DNA from: Octopus vulgaris
Taxonomy: Eukaryota
Direction: 5' to 3'
Assembly (NCBI GenBank): GCA_951406725.2
Contig: OX597823.1
Coordinates: 8,804,001-8,868,000 of the forward strand
Length of the DNA: 64,000 nucleotides
Of the stretch, positions 13,417-26,868 are shown piece after piece. A program made the translations under genes and the position numbers. Position 1 is the stretch's first letter. Each line of letters opens with the position of its first letter. The notes under the pieces were generated by a model that made no database searches, had not been told where the DNA came from, and worked only from the letters and a program-made list of their open reading frames with translations.

Positions 13417-14386
13417 TATTTACACACACACACACACACATATATATAAAGCATAACTGTGTGTACTTATGAATGGTAGGACAGTTGCCTCACTTAGCTT
13501 GAAGCGAAAAATAAACAGATAATTAAACGTTAATTATTCCCGTTGATTTACTCAAGATTCAAAATATTTATTAAAAAAAATATTTTTTTGTTTTAAATCA
13601 TGTAAGTTTAATCACGAAAATTTTAATTAGTTCTATGTATTTATCAGCTAGAAAGTATATGCTATTTAACGTAAGAATATTTAGTAAAACAAACTAATAA
13701 TAATTAGTAATGGAAGCATCTATCTCCTGGAAGCTTTTTTTCATAGTTTAATCTATATGTATATCATCTTGTTTTCTTGTAGTCACAGAAAACCGTTTTG
13801 TCAAATGAGATTGAAGAAAGATTATAATGTATAAAATGTAAAAAAAAAAAAACTTAGAGAAATTGTTTGTAAACATTTATAAGACATATCGAAATATATG
13901 AAGAACAATAAAAATAATGCTGCTAAAACCTATAACACACACACACAAGCATACGCACACACACGTACATGCGCACACACGCACAAACAAGGACACAAAC
14001 GCATGCGCACATATAGGTACACAACTTAGTAGAAGAAATAGAATGGATTAAGTGGAGCAAGAACACACATTATCAAAATAAATAAATAAATAAAAATGCC
14101 ATAATAATGGAAATTCGTAGCACTTTGATTTGCTTATGTTTTTACGTAAATAATATTTAGTAAATAGTATTTAGTAGATATCAAAACCCCACACCCACAG
14201 GTTACACAGGTAGAGTACAATAGTTAGTGGGCTGTTATGTAGATAGATGTATGCATGCGTGTGTGTGTGTGAGTGTGGATGTAAGTATATATATATGTAT
14301 ATGAACATGTATTTAAGCATATGGATATGAAAGTAAGCAGATCAATATACAGACGGATAGATATATCGGTTACATGAACAAATTAA

Positions 14387-14800
14387 GGCGGAGAGTTGGT
14401 AGAAACGGTAGCACGTCGAGCGAAATGCCTAGCGGTATTTCGTCTGCGTCACGTTGTGAGTTCAAATTCCGCCGAGGTCGACTTTGCCTTTCATCCTTTC
14501 GGGGTCGATAAATTAAGTACCAGTTACGCACTGGGGTCGATGTAATCGACTTAAAACCTATGTCTGTCCTTGTTTGTCCGCTCTGCGTTTAGCCCCTTGT
14601 GAGTAACAAAGAAATAGGTATTTCATCTGCCGTTACGTTGTGAGTTCAAATTCCGTCGAGGTCGACTTTACCTTTCATCCTTTCGGGGTCGATAAATTAA
14701 GTACCAGTTACGCACTGGGGTCGATATAATCGACTTAATACCTATGTATGTCCTTGTTTGTCCCTTCTATGTTTAGCCCCTTGTAGGTAATAAAGAAATA
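14387..14800 (+). mobile_element. SINE family A head-to-tail dimer with a single 15-bp TSD
   Basis: Full monomer to ~14618, then a head-less monomer starting ggtatttcatctgccg; ggttacatgaacaaa at 14368-14382 and 14801-14815. Confidence 0.92.
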
Positions 14801-15146
14801 GGTTACATGAACAAACAAGCACACATACGCACACATACAGATATGAAGACTGAAACGCATGAGCATATATACACACACACTTTGCTTCACATAAGAACAC
14901 ATAGGGAGACACACGTCCATACATATGGAGATGCACATCCATAAATACAAACACAGTACATAATTGCAAGAAACACACACACACACACTCAGACATGGAC
15001 ACACAAGGAGACAAAGGTACACGAACACATATACAAACAAACAAAAACAGACGCAGACAAACACACACATGCATAAAATCACACAAACACGAACACGCAA
15101 ACACATGAATATGCAGAATACATACATGCAAATATACATATATATA

Positions 15147-15545
15147 CTAGCAGTATCGCCCGGCGTTGCTCGGATTTGTAAGGGGAATAACTATATAAGC
15201 ATTTTAGAGATGTAAAGTATAATAGCCATCTCAATATGGTTAACCACAAAGGGGGGGGGGGTGTTATTGTAGCTTTTTACGTTCTGAGATTTAATAATAA
15301 ATTTTTAGAGAGTTACTTCTCTTATATATCCCAAAAATGCATTAAAAATGGGAAAAAATGATGGTAATTTTTTTTTTAAATCGTAGACTCATCGTAGATG
15401 CACGCTAATACCCAGAAGGGCTCGATATGAATCACGACTATAAGATACCCGCTTTTGGTTAAACTGCACCGCAAAATGTGGGAGTAGTTAGGAATCTAAA
15501 TCGTAGGAGATAGACAGCACACAACCTCACTTTTATATATAAAGA
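15147..15545 (-). mobile_element. Non-autonomous Helitron, family H1
   Basis: a|ctagcagtatcgcccggcgttgctcgg ... ttttatatataaaga|t, the reverse complement of the TC...CTAG element. Confidence 0.9.
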
Positions 15546-15997
15546 TATATATATACAGAAGTACACACACATACATGCATTCACACACATGCATACATAC
15601 ATGCATGCATACATGCATACATACATGTGTAGGCACACACACGCACACACACACTAACATGCGCACAAACAAGCAAAAAAGAACGCAGTGTGAATAACGA
15701 ACGCAGTCAAAACTATTGGAAAGGTTGCAAAACGCAACGAAAATCTTAGAAAAATAATAGAGAAATAAGTGGGAAATTTTACCGGTGAGTGTTTTAAATT
15801 ATAAGGTACTAAAAGAGAATCACTCTCCCCAAACACAACAGAATATTTTAAAGCTTATAGTTAAGATTTCAATAATAAAGGAAGCTAGCTAAAACGTTAG
15901 ACTGATTGTAGAAAAATAACAAGGAGGTGAGTATGTGTGTGCTCATGTGCGTATGTATTTGTACTTATATATTTTTATGACTTCCTCTCTCTCTTTC

Positions 15998-16060
<63 letters not shown>

Positions 16061-16061
16061 C

Positions 16062-16112
<51 letters not shown>

Positions 16113-16114
<2 letters not shown>

Positions 16115-16517
16115 GAATGACGAAGCCACCTTGACTATGATTCTATGAACCGTAAAAATCAATACAGAGAGTTGCTTATTTGCAAAAAAAAAAAAAGAAA
16201 TATAACATGTGACTTCATTGACCGCGGTTACGGTGGTCTTTTCCGTAGGCTTTTCTTTCCACGGGTAAACCTCACCTGTCCTCCCCTTTACACTTCATAT
16301 TGACATTTCTGTGATAACGATCCCTATTGATAAAGTTTTTTACCTTTCCCTTCCCCCCCTTTTTAAAAATTTTATCCCCCCCTTTTTGTCCTCTTTCTTT
16401 TCTTTTACGATCCCTTTTGATCGAAAACCAAACCCCCTTTTTTTACCCCCAAAAGAAAAGCTCTACCTTGTAATTTGTCTTGTCTGTGTGCAGCCCTGTG
16501 TGGCTAATAAAGAAACA
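16113..16517 (+). mobile_element. L1-Tx1 LINE 3' end, 5'-truncated, inside (TATC)n
   Basis: MNDEATLTMIL* plus a 3' UTR homologous to the minus-strand copy at 17641-18197; (TATC)n on both sides. Confidence 0.78.
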
Positions 16518-16582
<65 letters not shown>

Positions 16583-16859
16583 GTCAGTGTCAGCCCGACA
16601 GTAGCCCAGAATGGCAATAGAGAGCTAGCGTTCCCATTCTGTGGTCCGAACCAGCCAATGAAAATGAGACGTAATCATCATCGAGTGATGGCCGGGGTAT
16701 TTTTTTTTTGAACATTTGATTGATATATCCCAAAGAACCTAGTATCCAAACGATCAGACATGTTTTTCTCAGTCACGTGAAACATAAGATAATGCATTAT
16801 TCCATTAATACACTTGTATACATACACATGTACTTTTGTATGTCTTGGTGTGACGTCTG

Positions 16860-16905
<46 letters not shown>

Positions 16906-17023
16906 TATACACGTGTGTGTATGAATATATAGATAGTTATAAATACATGCACATACATAAATATATATATATATATACAGCGAGAGAGAGAGAGAGATAC
17001 ATATATATATATATATGTATGTA

Positions 17024-17061
<38 letters not shown>

Positions 17062-17100
17062 CAAGATAAGAAAATGGAGAAATACGTCTAAATCAAATAT

Positions 17101-17142
<42 letters not shown>

Positions 17143-17640
17143 TTATACCTATCTATATATTCATACACACACGTGCATGTGCACACACATATATGCACAC
17201 ACCCACATATACGTATGTATGTGTATGTATGTGCACTTGTGTGTGCCTAAGATCGTTTTCTTAGCATTGTTACGGATATCTGGGTTTCCAACAGTAATTC
17301 GTTAATATTCAAAACATACATGTCTTAGAAAACTATAAAGTCCAATAGTTTATTCTTCCCAAGCTCTTTCTTCCGGAATAATTGTATTAGAGCATGTTAG
17401 CCTGGAATTCTAAAATACAAAGAATAATTTCACATTTGTACAAACGCGCTCACGCACATACATAAGAATATATGACGAAACATCATACGTACATATATAC
17501 ACACACACAGACACACACACACACAGACACACACACACACACACGTATGAGAGAGAGAGAGAAAATTACGTAGTGACAGACAGAGAGGCAAACAGACAGA
17601 TAGACAGATAGACAGATAGACAGATAGACAGACAGATAGA

Positions 17641-18197
17641 TATGTTTCTTCGTTAGGCTCACAAGGCCGAACACAGAGGAGTCAAATTACAAAGTAGAGC
17701 TTTTCTTTTAGGGGAGGAAAAAGTGGAGGGGTGGGTAGGTTTTCGATCAAAAGGGGATCGTAAAAACAAAGGTTCAATAGGGATCGTGTATCAGAGAAAT
17801 GTCATGATGTAAAGTGTAAAGAGAGAAACAGATGAGGTTTATCCGTGGAAAGAAAAGCCTACGGAAAAGACCACGGTAACCTCGGTCACTAATGTCATAT
17901 GTTAACACATTTATTTGCAAGTAAGTAACTCTCTGTTTAAAATTTTTCCGGGTTCATAGGATTATGCTGAAGGTGGCTTCGTCATTCATACCTGACATCC
18001 TTGCTACATTCACCCATCTTTTTTTAAAACATTCGCAAGACAAAACTTGCCTCTCTACTCTCACTTTCCTTTTCAAGTGGTACTTGAAGAAGTTGATGAG
18101 AGATTGACCAGAGAGGAAAGTGTTTGTCTCTAATCCTTTCAGGCGCGTCCACCATATACATTCTATCGCCATAGCCACACGTATGATGAAAATAGGC
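17641..18197 (-). mobile_element. L1-Tx1 LINE 3' end, 5'-truncated, inside (TATC/TGTC)n
   Basis: VAMAIECIWWTRLKGL..FFKYHLKRKVRVERQVL..FKKRWVNVARM..NDEATFSIIL* resembles the Tx1/L1 ORF2 C-terminus (IW..R, F...W); GATA/GACA repeats on both flanks. Confidence 0.8.
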
Positions 18198-18259
18198 AGA
18201 CAGACAGATAGATAGATAGATAGATTGATAGACAGATAGATAGATAGAAAGATAGATAA

Positions 18260-18331
<72 letters not shown>

Positions 18332-18633
18332 CTATTGACAAGTTCTATGTTATCCATAATAATGAAGATATAGTTAACGCAACAGTACCACCTTTCGTTT
18401 GTTACACGCAGTAGTACAAGAAATCCTGCAAAATCTGATTCGTTGTTACAAATACTTGCCCATCAATGACTTTATTACCTTGTCCTAGCAGGTTGTTATT
18501 GACAAGAGCCTTCTGAATAGACTCCTTTACAATGTTAAAAATATCCACAAATCTACCCATCATTCGTAATGGTCTTACAGTGTGTTCATCCCGTATTTCG
18601 AGTTTGGCAATGGTTTTCTGTATTATTACTACA

Positions 18634-19022
18634 CTAGCAGTATCGCCCGGCGTTGCTCAGGTTTGTAAGGGAAATAACTATATAAGCATTTTTAGAGAGT
18701 TATAGCCCAAAAATAGCAAAAAAATGCACTAAAAATGGAAAAAAATGATGGTAATTTTTAAAAAAAATTGTTGACTCACCGTAGACATTTTACTTCCCTT
18801 ATATAATTGCGAAAAAAATGCATTAAAATGGAAAACAATGATGGTAAATTTTTTTAAAAATCGTAGACTCATCGTAGACGCGCGCTAATACCCAGAAGGG
18901 CTCGATATGAATCACGACTATAAGATACCCGGTTTTGGTTAAACTGCACCGCAAAATGTGGGAGTAGTTAGGAATCTAAGTCGTAGGAGACAGACACACA
19001 ACTTGACTTTTATATATAAAGA
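18634..19022 (-). mobile_element. Non-autonomous Helitron, family H1
   Basis: Same termini as 6961-7351, with an internal duplicated aaaaaatgca..aaaatgg..atgatggtaa block. Confidence 0.9.
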
Positions 19023-19338
19023 TGTCCGTGGACGCGAATTTTAGCCTTCCCACTCATGAGTCTCGACTTGTGGCTATGTCCGACATCCGGATTGTGTAGT
19101 GTATTACATGAAACCAGTAAAAATACGAGAAGGTTGAATTAGTGTCTGTTGTGGAAGAATACTCCGCCGATACGTGTAAACTTAACGTAGTTATCAAGCA
19201 GAATTTATGGTGTCGTAATGTGACAACGATTAACCATTCGATTAACATGTGCACACACGAACACATAAAAGTACAAATATGCATGTACCCCTGTCTCTAT
19301 CTGTGTGTCTGTCTATCTATCTATCCATCTATCTATCC

Positions 19339-19372
<34 letters not shown>

Positions 19373-20252
19373 GTATCTATCTATGTATCTATCTATGTAT
19401 CTATCTAATCAAAGTTACATCTCCATCTCTCCCTCTCCATCTTTCCCCTTATACATATATGTGTGTGTTATTGTGTGTGTATGTGTGCATTATGTGTAGT
19501 GTGTTTAGGTGCGTGCGTATAGTTACATTCCGTTTTATAGTGTTCACCGTGTTGAAAATTAAATAATTAAAATGTGGTGACACTTCACGTTTGTTTCAAT
19601 ACTTCAAAGAGATGAGCTCGTATTGCTTAAAATGCATATTCTTTTGATGAATGTAAGATTGCATACTTTCAGATAATTCAATTGATTATTTTGAACCATA
19701 TTCCTTGAGTTGCAAACTGTATTGTATATCTTTCAAGAATTGTGAGTCGAATATCGCTCATATAATTGAATTATTTTTACAGACTGTTGAAGAGCAAACT
19801 GATATTGAAGACGATCCATTCGCTGAGCTGTTTACAGACCAACTGAAATTCATTGCCATAGCAACTTATAGATTCTTCTCCAAAAATATTAACTGGCACA
19901 AGCTGCGTTATTACTTACAAAAGCCAAGAATTTCAAGTGAAGATCAACAAACATTTTATTTATTCTTTCGTTGCTTCAACTATATTCAAAGTATATCACC
20001 CGATTAAATTTCTTTGAGATACAACTCACATATATCCAGGCGTCAAATACAGAACTTTCTTAACATCAAAACCGAATAACATTATAAAGGGAAACTAGTT
20101 CTGCTCACGTACATGTCATTATTCTTTACATAATTCGATAATTAGTAGATTCAAAATATGGAGTATATTTAGAAAATTTAAAAGTGTTAACTTGAACACA
20201 GTAATTTGGTGTAATAAAAAGGATGTCGTAAAATATTTACTTAGTACCCCCA

Positions 20253-20407
20253 AGTGGCTGTGTGGTAAGTAGCTTGCTTGCCAGTGACATGGTTCAGGGT
20301 TCAGTCCCATTGCGTGGCACCTTGGGCGAGTGTCTTCTACTATAGCCTCAGGCCGACCAAAACCTTGTGAGTGAATTTGGTAGACGGAAACTGAAAGAAG
20401 CCTGTCG

Positions 20408-20488
<81 letters not shown>

Positions 20489-20696
20489 TTGTGTGTCTGT
20501 GTTTGTCCCTCAACATCGCTTGACAACCGGTGTTGGTGTGTTTGCGTCCACGTAACTTAGCGGTTCCGCAAAAGAGACCGATAGGATAATTACTAGGTTT
20601 ACAAAGAATAATACCTGTGGTCGATGCGATCGACTAAAGGCGGTGCTCCAGCATGGCTGCAGTCAAATGACTGAAACAAGTAAAAGAGTAAAAGAA
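20253..20696 (+). mobile_element. tRNA-derived CORE-type SINE family B with internal (TA)n(TG)n
   Basis: gtggctgtgtggtaagtagc..gggttcagtccc head, CORE-like gtggcaccttgggc.agtgtcttctactatagcctc, and (gtaaaaga)n tail. Confidence 0.9.
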
Positions 20697-21199
20697 AGAG
20701 AGAGAGTACTCTGCAAATAACGGATTTCGTAGGACTGGGTAATTAAAAGCTAATAAATTTTAGAAGAATAAAACAGATGTTTCCAAAGCAGTTGCAGCGT
20801 ATTTCTATTGACTTCATGTTGACTTCGATTCCAAAGTCTATAGCTGTCTCGATTGACGGGAATCTTCCCTTGAGCCACGTTCTTTAACTACAAACAGTAT
20901 TCATGACAATGTTCTTGAAATTGTCTTTCATGGCAGAATTTGTCGTTTACCGGACGCAGTCCTTTGTAGTATTCCGTTATAGTCTATATAAATTCTGAAT
21001 TTAAATCTTACAATGACATCTTTCTTAGCTTCTTCCTAAGTGTAGAGAGTTAGTGCCAGTCGAATATTACGACACACTTAATCCACTGTGCTCTCAAGTC
21101 GCGTGGCTTTGGGAATAAGCGAAGTTGACAGAATAAGGAATAAGTGATATTTATATTCTTTCCATTAGTATGCGTTTGTTATTTAGCACCAGGAAGATG

Positions 21200-21410
21200 C
21201 CGAGCTGGAAGAATCTTTCACACGCTGGACAAAATGTATAGCGGCATATCTTCTGACTCTTTACCTTCTCAGTTTGAATGCTGCCAAAGGCGACGTCGCT
21301 TTTCATAATTTCGGGTTCGACAAAATAGGTAACAGCTGAGCACTGGGGTCGTTGTAATCGACTGTACTTCTCCACCTAAAATTTCAGGTCTTCTAGCTAT
21401 AGTAGAAAAA
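21200..21410 (+). mobile_element. Old, diverged SINE family A-related copy
   Basis: gccgagctggaagaatc.., gcttttcataatttcgggttcgac.., cactggggtcgttgtaatcgact. Confidence 0.55.
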
Positions 21411-21455
21411 GTTATTTCCCATTATGTTACCACTGCACGGGTAGAACAATGCCGT

Positions 21456-21838
21456 GGAGGCGCAATGGCCCAGTGGTTAGGGCAGCGGACTCGCGGTCGT
21501 AGGATCGTGGTTTCGATTCCCAGACCGGGCGTTGTGAGTGTTTATTGAGCAAAAACACCTAAAGCTTCACGAGGCTCCGGCAGGGGATGGTGGTGATCCC
21601 TGCTGTACTTTTTCACCACAACTTTCTCTCACTCTTACTTCCTGTTTCGGTTGTACCTGTATTTCAAAGAGCCGGCCTTGTCACTCTCTGTGTCACGCTG
21701 AATATCCCCGAGAACTACGTTAAGGGTACACGTGTCTGTGGAGTGCTCAGCCACTTACACGTTAATTTCACGAGCAGGCTGTTCCGTTGATCGGATCAAC
21801 CGGAACCCTCGTCGTCGTAACCGACGGAGTGCTTCCAC
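21456..21838 (+). mobile_element. tRNA-derived SINE family D
   Basis: A-box tggcccagtggttagggc, B-box ggtttcgattccc, and a short agaacaat direct repeat on the flanks; reverse copy at 24192-24513. Confidence 0.88.
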
Positions 21839-21932
21839 AGAACAATACTGAAAATCGTTCTGGTCGTAACTATCCTTTATGCATTTGATTATATTATCCA
21901 ATGTATTTTTCTTTTATTTACTTAAATGTTGT

Positions 21933-22264
21933 GAAGACGCATGGCTCAGTGGTTAGAGCGTCGGGCTTACAATCGTGAGGTTGTGAGTTCGATTCCCGGA
22001 TCGGGCTGTCTTGTGTTCTTGAGCAAGACACTTTATTTCACGTTGCTCCATTTCACTCAGTTGTAGAAATAAGTTGCGACATCACTGGTACCAAGCTGTA
22101 TCGGCCTTTACCTTTCCCTTGGATAACATCAGTGGTGTGGAGAAGGGAGGCTGGTATGCACGGGAGACTGCTAGCCGTCCGCAAACAATCTTGCCCTGAC
22201 TTGTGCCTCGGAGGATAACTTCCTAGATGTAATCCCATGGTCATTCATGATCGAAGGGGTTCTC
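21933..22264 (+). mobile_element. SINE family C
   Basis: Colinear with 12063-12399; B-box gagttcgattccc is intact. Confidence 0.88.
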
Positions 22265-23482
22265 CTTCTACACGGATGTTACACACGTGGGATTTCGTTT
22301 CCAATTTTAGAAAGTCGATCCTCCACATAAAGGCTACCTGCTGATATATACCTATAATATCTTGCACTGTTCTGCGCATGAGCGATGTCTTTTTCTCTTA
22401 CTTAAAATGACTGACAGTTTAGTCAAATTATAGGGAAAATTTCGGGGACTCGTGCAAAATTTTCACATGCAGATCACTCGTAATTTTGTTATTGAAATTC
22501 TAACAGTATAGCACCAGTTTCTACACCATATTGTATTTTAAACAGGAAACTACGATAACAGCATCGGATACGTATTGCTGTTGTGTTAAATGGAAGCTGC
22601 GCGTGTCCAAATACTTCTGCGACTTCTTAGAAATACGACTGTGTCTGGAGAAGACATAAATTAAATTATGAATTTAATCCAGTGTAGGATTCAATATATC
22701 TTTAAAATCCTCATACATTTAGTACATAAAGAAAATATTCTTACGTATCATTATAGCATTGAACCAAATATAGTTCGTTTTACTTGTTTTCAGCTCTCTC
22801 GTTAAAACTTTTTACTTTTAATTGAAAATTATTTATTCCTATAATTCCTAAACCCCATCTATACACACACAAACACAGACACACGCAGACACACACACAC
22901 ACACATACACCGAAAAACGCACACAGACACATGCGTTTACATACATAGGCACATATACACAAATATGAATACAGAAATACATCGTACATCCATGTGTGTG
23001 TGTGTGTGTGTGTGTGCATGCGCGCGTGTGTTTGTATTTAAGTGAGTGTATTTGTAGAATGGTTGGTAAGTTCAACAAAATGCCTTGCAGTATTTGTTGT
23101 AGATTTAGAGAGAAAGAGGGAAAAGAAAGAGATAGTGGGGGAAAAGAGAAAGAGCGAGAGGGGACTTTAAGACTCTGCGGGAATGCTTGTTGCAAATGCC
23201 AACTAATCCTCTGGAATATTTCACAAATTGAACAACGTCTGTGTACGTTTTGTCTAAAGAAAAACATTTATGCACAGAACATAAATACGACTGTATTGGT
23301 TTTCTCCGGAAACTGACGACTAGAGTGGAACTGGTGTAAGACATGACTTACACGTTTTGTCTGAAGATGTGTATAAAAAAAAACCCTATAGTAGTAATTG
23401 CGGAAAGTGCTGAAAAACAACCCCACCTACCCACCCACCCAAAATGTGACTGACAACGTTTACGTCTGACACGAGTTCATAT

Positions 23483-23837
23483 TCTCTTTTACTCTTTTAT
23501 CTTTTACTTGTTTCAGTCATTTGACTGCGGCCATGCTGGAGCACCGCCTTTTAGTCGAGCAAATCGACCCCAGGACTTCTTCTTTGTAAGCCTAGTACTT
23601 ATCCTATCGGTCTCTCTTGCCGAACCGCTAAGTAACGGGGACGTAAACACACCAGCATCGGTTGTCAAGGGATGTTGGGGAGACAAACACAGACACACAA
23701 ACACACACACACACATATATACGACGGGCTTCTTTCAGTTTCCGTCTACCAAATCCACTCACAAGGTTTTGGTCAGCTCGAGGCTATAGTAGAAGACACT
23801 TGCCCAAGGTGCCACGCAGTGGGACTGAACCCGGAAC
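23483..23837 (-). mobile_element. SINE family B, 5'-truncated
   Basis: Reverse complement of the family B body and tail. Confidence 0.9.
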
Positions 23838-24059
23838 ATATTTATAAGGGAAAAGAACAGTTTCGATTCCATCGATTTCTGTTATGGTTTGCTACTTTTT
23901 TATACACTTGAACAAAGAATAGCTAAGTTACTATCAAGGATTTGAACTCAGAATATAAAAATATTTGAATAAATCTCGTTGAGTAATTACTTTTAGAACT
24001 CTACTTTTTCTTACTAAAAGATGTGTTATTAAGGATGTACGATTTTCCATGTTTCTGTC

Positions 24060-24697
24060 AATGGTCTGCAGCCATGCTGATACATCTTGTACGGATAATT
24101 AAAAAACAAATTACACCGGTATTCTTTTCTTAAGCCTAGTATCAAGCAGTGGCGGAAAAAATAGAAACATATTCAAATCTACATATGGATATGGAAGCAC
24201 TCCGTCGGTTACGACGATGAGGGTTCCGTTTGATCCGAATCAACGGAGTAGCCTGCTCGTGAAATTAACGTGTAAGTGGCTGAGCACTCCACAGACACGT
24301 GCACCCTTAACGTAGTTCTCGGGGATATTCAGCGTGACACGGAGAGTGACAAGGCCGGCCCCTTGAAATACAGGTACAACAGAAACAGGAAGTAAGAGTG
24401 AGAGAAAGTTGTGGTGAAAGAGTACAGCAGGGATCACCACCAGGGATCACAACGCCCGGTCTGGGAATCGAAACCGCGAGTCCGCTGCCCTAACCACTGG
24501 GCGTTTGCGCCTCAAATCTACATATACGAATGGCACCTACACAGTTTCTGTGTTAAAAACAATCACTCACTGAGAGCGTTAGTCGACCCAGAGTTAAAAT
24601 AGGAAGACACTTGACTCGTAGTCCCACTGTAAAACTGTACCGGAGATAACGTGATTCCGAAGCCAACGTCTTAAGCCTACTGACATACTTGTGCCTA
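24060..24697 (-). mobile_element. Old family B-related SINE interrupted by a family D insertion
   Basis: ctgcagccatgctg..taagcctagta lies to the left and cagtttctgt..cactcac..gaagacacttg..cttgtgcct to the right of the family D copy. Confidence 0.6.
24192..24513 (-). mobile_element. SINE family D, internally deleted, 14-bp TSD
   Basis: Reverse of 21456-21838 lacking ~60 bp; tcaaatctacatat at 24173-24186 and 24512-24525. Confidence 0.9.
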
Positions 24698-25322
24698 AAT
24701 CGTTTATGCCAAATAAATAGTTGCATATTTCGCGAGTACGCAAAGCTTATAATAAATCCTTCTAAAATTCAATGGTGCTTCTTTGACCATCGAGTAAGAA
24801 GAGAAGCAACACGAAATGTATATTTAGGTTATATAAGGACGTAATTCAATACAAATAAGTTTTAAGCTGCTTGTATCACGCCATTGCATCTCAAATTAAG
24901 AATATTATTTTCAATTTATGGACAAATTCTCGCCTTTTTATTAGAAGAGCGCAATTCGACACCAGAATTTTATTGGTTTTAATTTTATAGACAACTGAAA
25001 TATGAAGGGGAAACGTCGGCTCAAGTGCCACATATTTGTGATAAAACTACACATTAGAAGAGAATATAGGGGAGAGCCTTCTGGTCGGGGATGCCTTGCA
25101 CGAAATTTATTTTCTGCAAGTGACTACTCAATATATATATATTATCACTTACTGTCCATAACAGACCCAAATGAAATATATACCGATACCACTGTCCGGC
25201 CTAATACTGTGTCAGCTTAATCTGCTATCTAATCCCCAGAGAGGTTAATCAAGTCTGGCAGTGGAATGTGCTGCCCAACGGAATTACAACGGTATATTAG
25301 ACAATTATTCGAAGTATGATTA

Positions 25323-25726
25323 GGCGCAGGAGTGTCTGTGTGGTAAGTAGCTTGCTAGCCAACCACATGGTTTCGGGTTCAGTCCCACTGCGTGGCATCT
25401 TGGGCAAGTGTCTTCTGCTATAGCCTCGGGACGACCAAAGCCTTGTGAGTGGATTTGGTAGACGGAAACTGAAAGAAGCCTGTCGTATATATGTATATAT
25501 ATATATATATATGTGTGTCTGTGATTGTCCCCCTAGCATTGCTTGACAACCGATGCTGGTGTGTTTATGTCCCCATCACTTAGCGGTTCAGCAAAAAGAG
25601 ACCGATAGAATAAGTACTGGGCTAACACAGATTAAGTCCCGGGTCGATTTGCTCGACTAAAGGCGGTGCTCCAGCATGGCCGCAGTCAAATGACTGAAAC
25701 ATGTAAAAGAGTAAAAGAGTAAAAGA
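25323..25726 (+). mobile_element. SINE family B, full length
   Basis: Runs from ggcgcaggagtg head through the (gtaaaaga)3 tail. Confidence 0.92.
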
Positions 25727-26018
25727 ATGTAATCTAAGATTTGTAATGTGAGAACTGACTTTTGGATAAACTGCCGTGCTTCTGAGATTACCATTACACC
25801 GGCACCAGCTGTTGGTATGACGCCGTACGAAGCGTATGGCTCACTTACTACTCGGTGACATTGAATCATTTTTCAGCTCTGTATTAATTCGTTTCATATC
25901 AACAATGTGGTGTTTTCTCGATATCCGTAATACCATTATAATCACTCTGATCATCAACGACATCATAATATCAACAAAATCATCGTTGTCATCGTCATCG
26001 CCGTAGTCGTCGTTGTCG

Positions 26019-26032
26019 TAATAATAATAATG

Positions 26033-26081
<49 letters not shown>

Positions 26082-26086
26082 TGATG

Positions 26087-26123
<37 letters not shown>

Positions 26124-26125
26124 TG

Positions 26126-26171
<46 letters not shown>

Positions 26172-26173
26172 TG

Positions 26174-26222
<49 letters not shown>

Positions 26223-26224
26223 TG

Positions 26225-26267
<43 letters not shown>

Positions 26268-26269
26268 TG

Positions 26270-26330
<61 letters not shown>

Positions 26331-26332
26331 TG

Positions 26333-26414
<82 letters not shown>

Positions 26415-26428
26415 TAATAATAACAATG

Positions 26429-26501
<73 letters not shown>

Positions 26502-26521
26502 TAATAATAATAATAATAATG

Positions 26522-26566
<45 letters not shown>
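26019..26566. repeat. (TAA)n microsatellite with recurrent AAC-AAT-GAT interruptions
   Basis: Direct reading. Confidence 0.98.
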
Positions 26567-26569
<3 letters not shown>

Positions 26570-26793
26570 GGAACTGCTCATATCCTACGCAAAATACTCT
26601 CTATGTAATCCCAAGGTTTAAAACAAACTGTTTTTTTATTTATTTATTACACATTCACTAGACAACACAAAAAAAAAAATATATGGCAGACTAGGCATAA
26701 CAACAACGTGAACTTCCAACCTGTTGTCTCTTGAGGTCTCTGGGTGAGACTTGGAGCCAACTTGTACAGACATAAAGCAAAAGTCAAACATAG
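26567..26793 (+). mobile_element. R4/Dong-type LINE extreme 3' end inside (TAA)n
   Basis: MGTAHILRKILSM* is the conserved C-terminus of RLE LINEs, followed by ~185 bp of 3' UTR; (TAA)n on both sides. Confidence 0.82.
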
Positions 26794-26824
26794 AATAATA
26801 ATAATAATGATGATAATCATAATC

Positions 26825-26868
<44 letters not shown>

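Noticed and set aside
19705-20007. 100-aa non-repetitive ORF (and unique sequence at 61380-61800)
   Set aside because: No recognisable domain or ATG start. It may be a decayed DNA transposase, but I cannot support that by eye.
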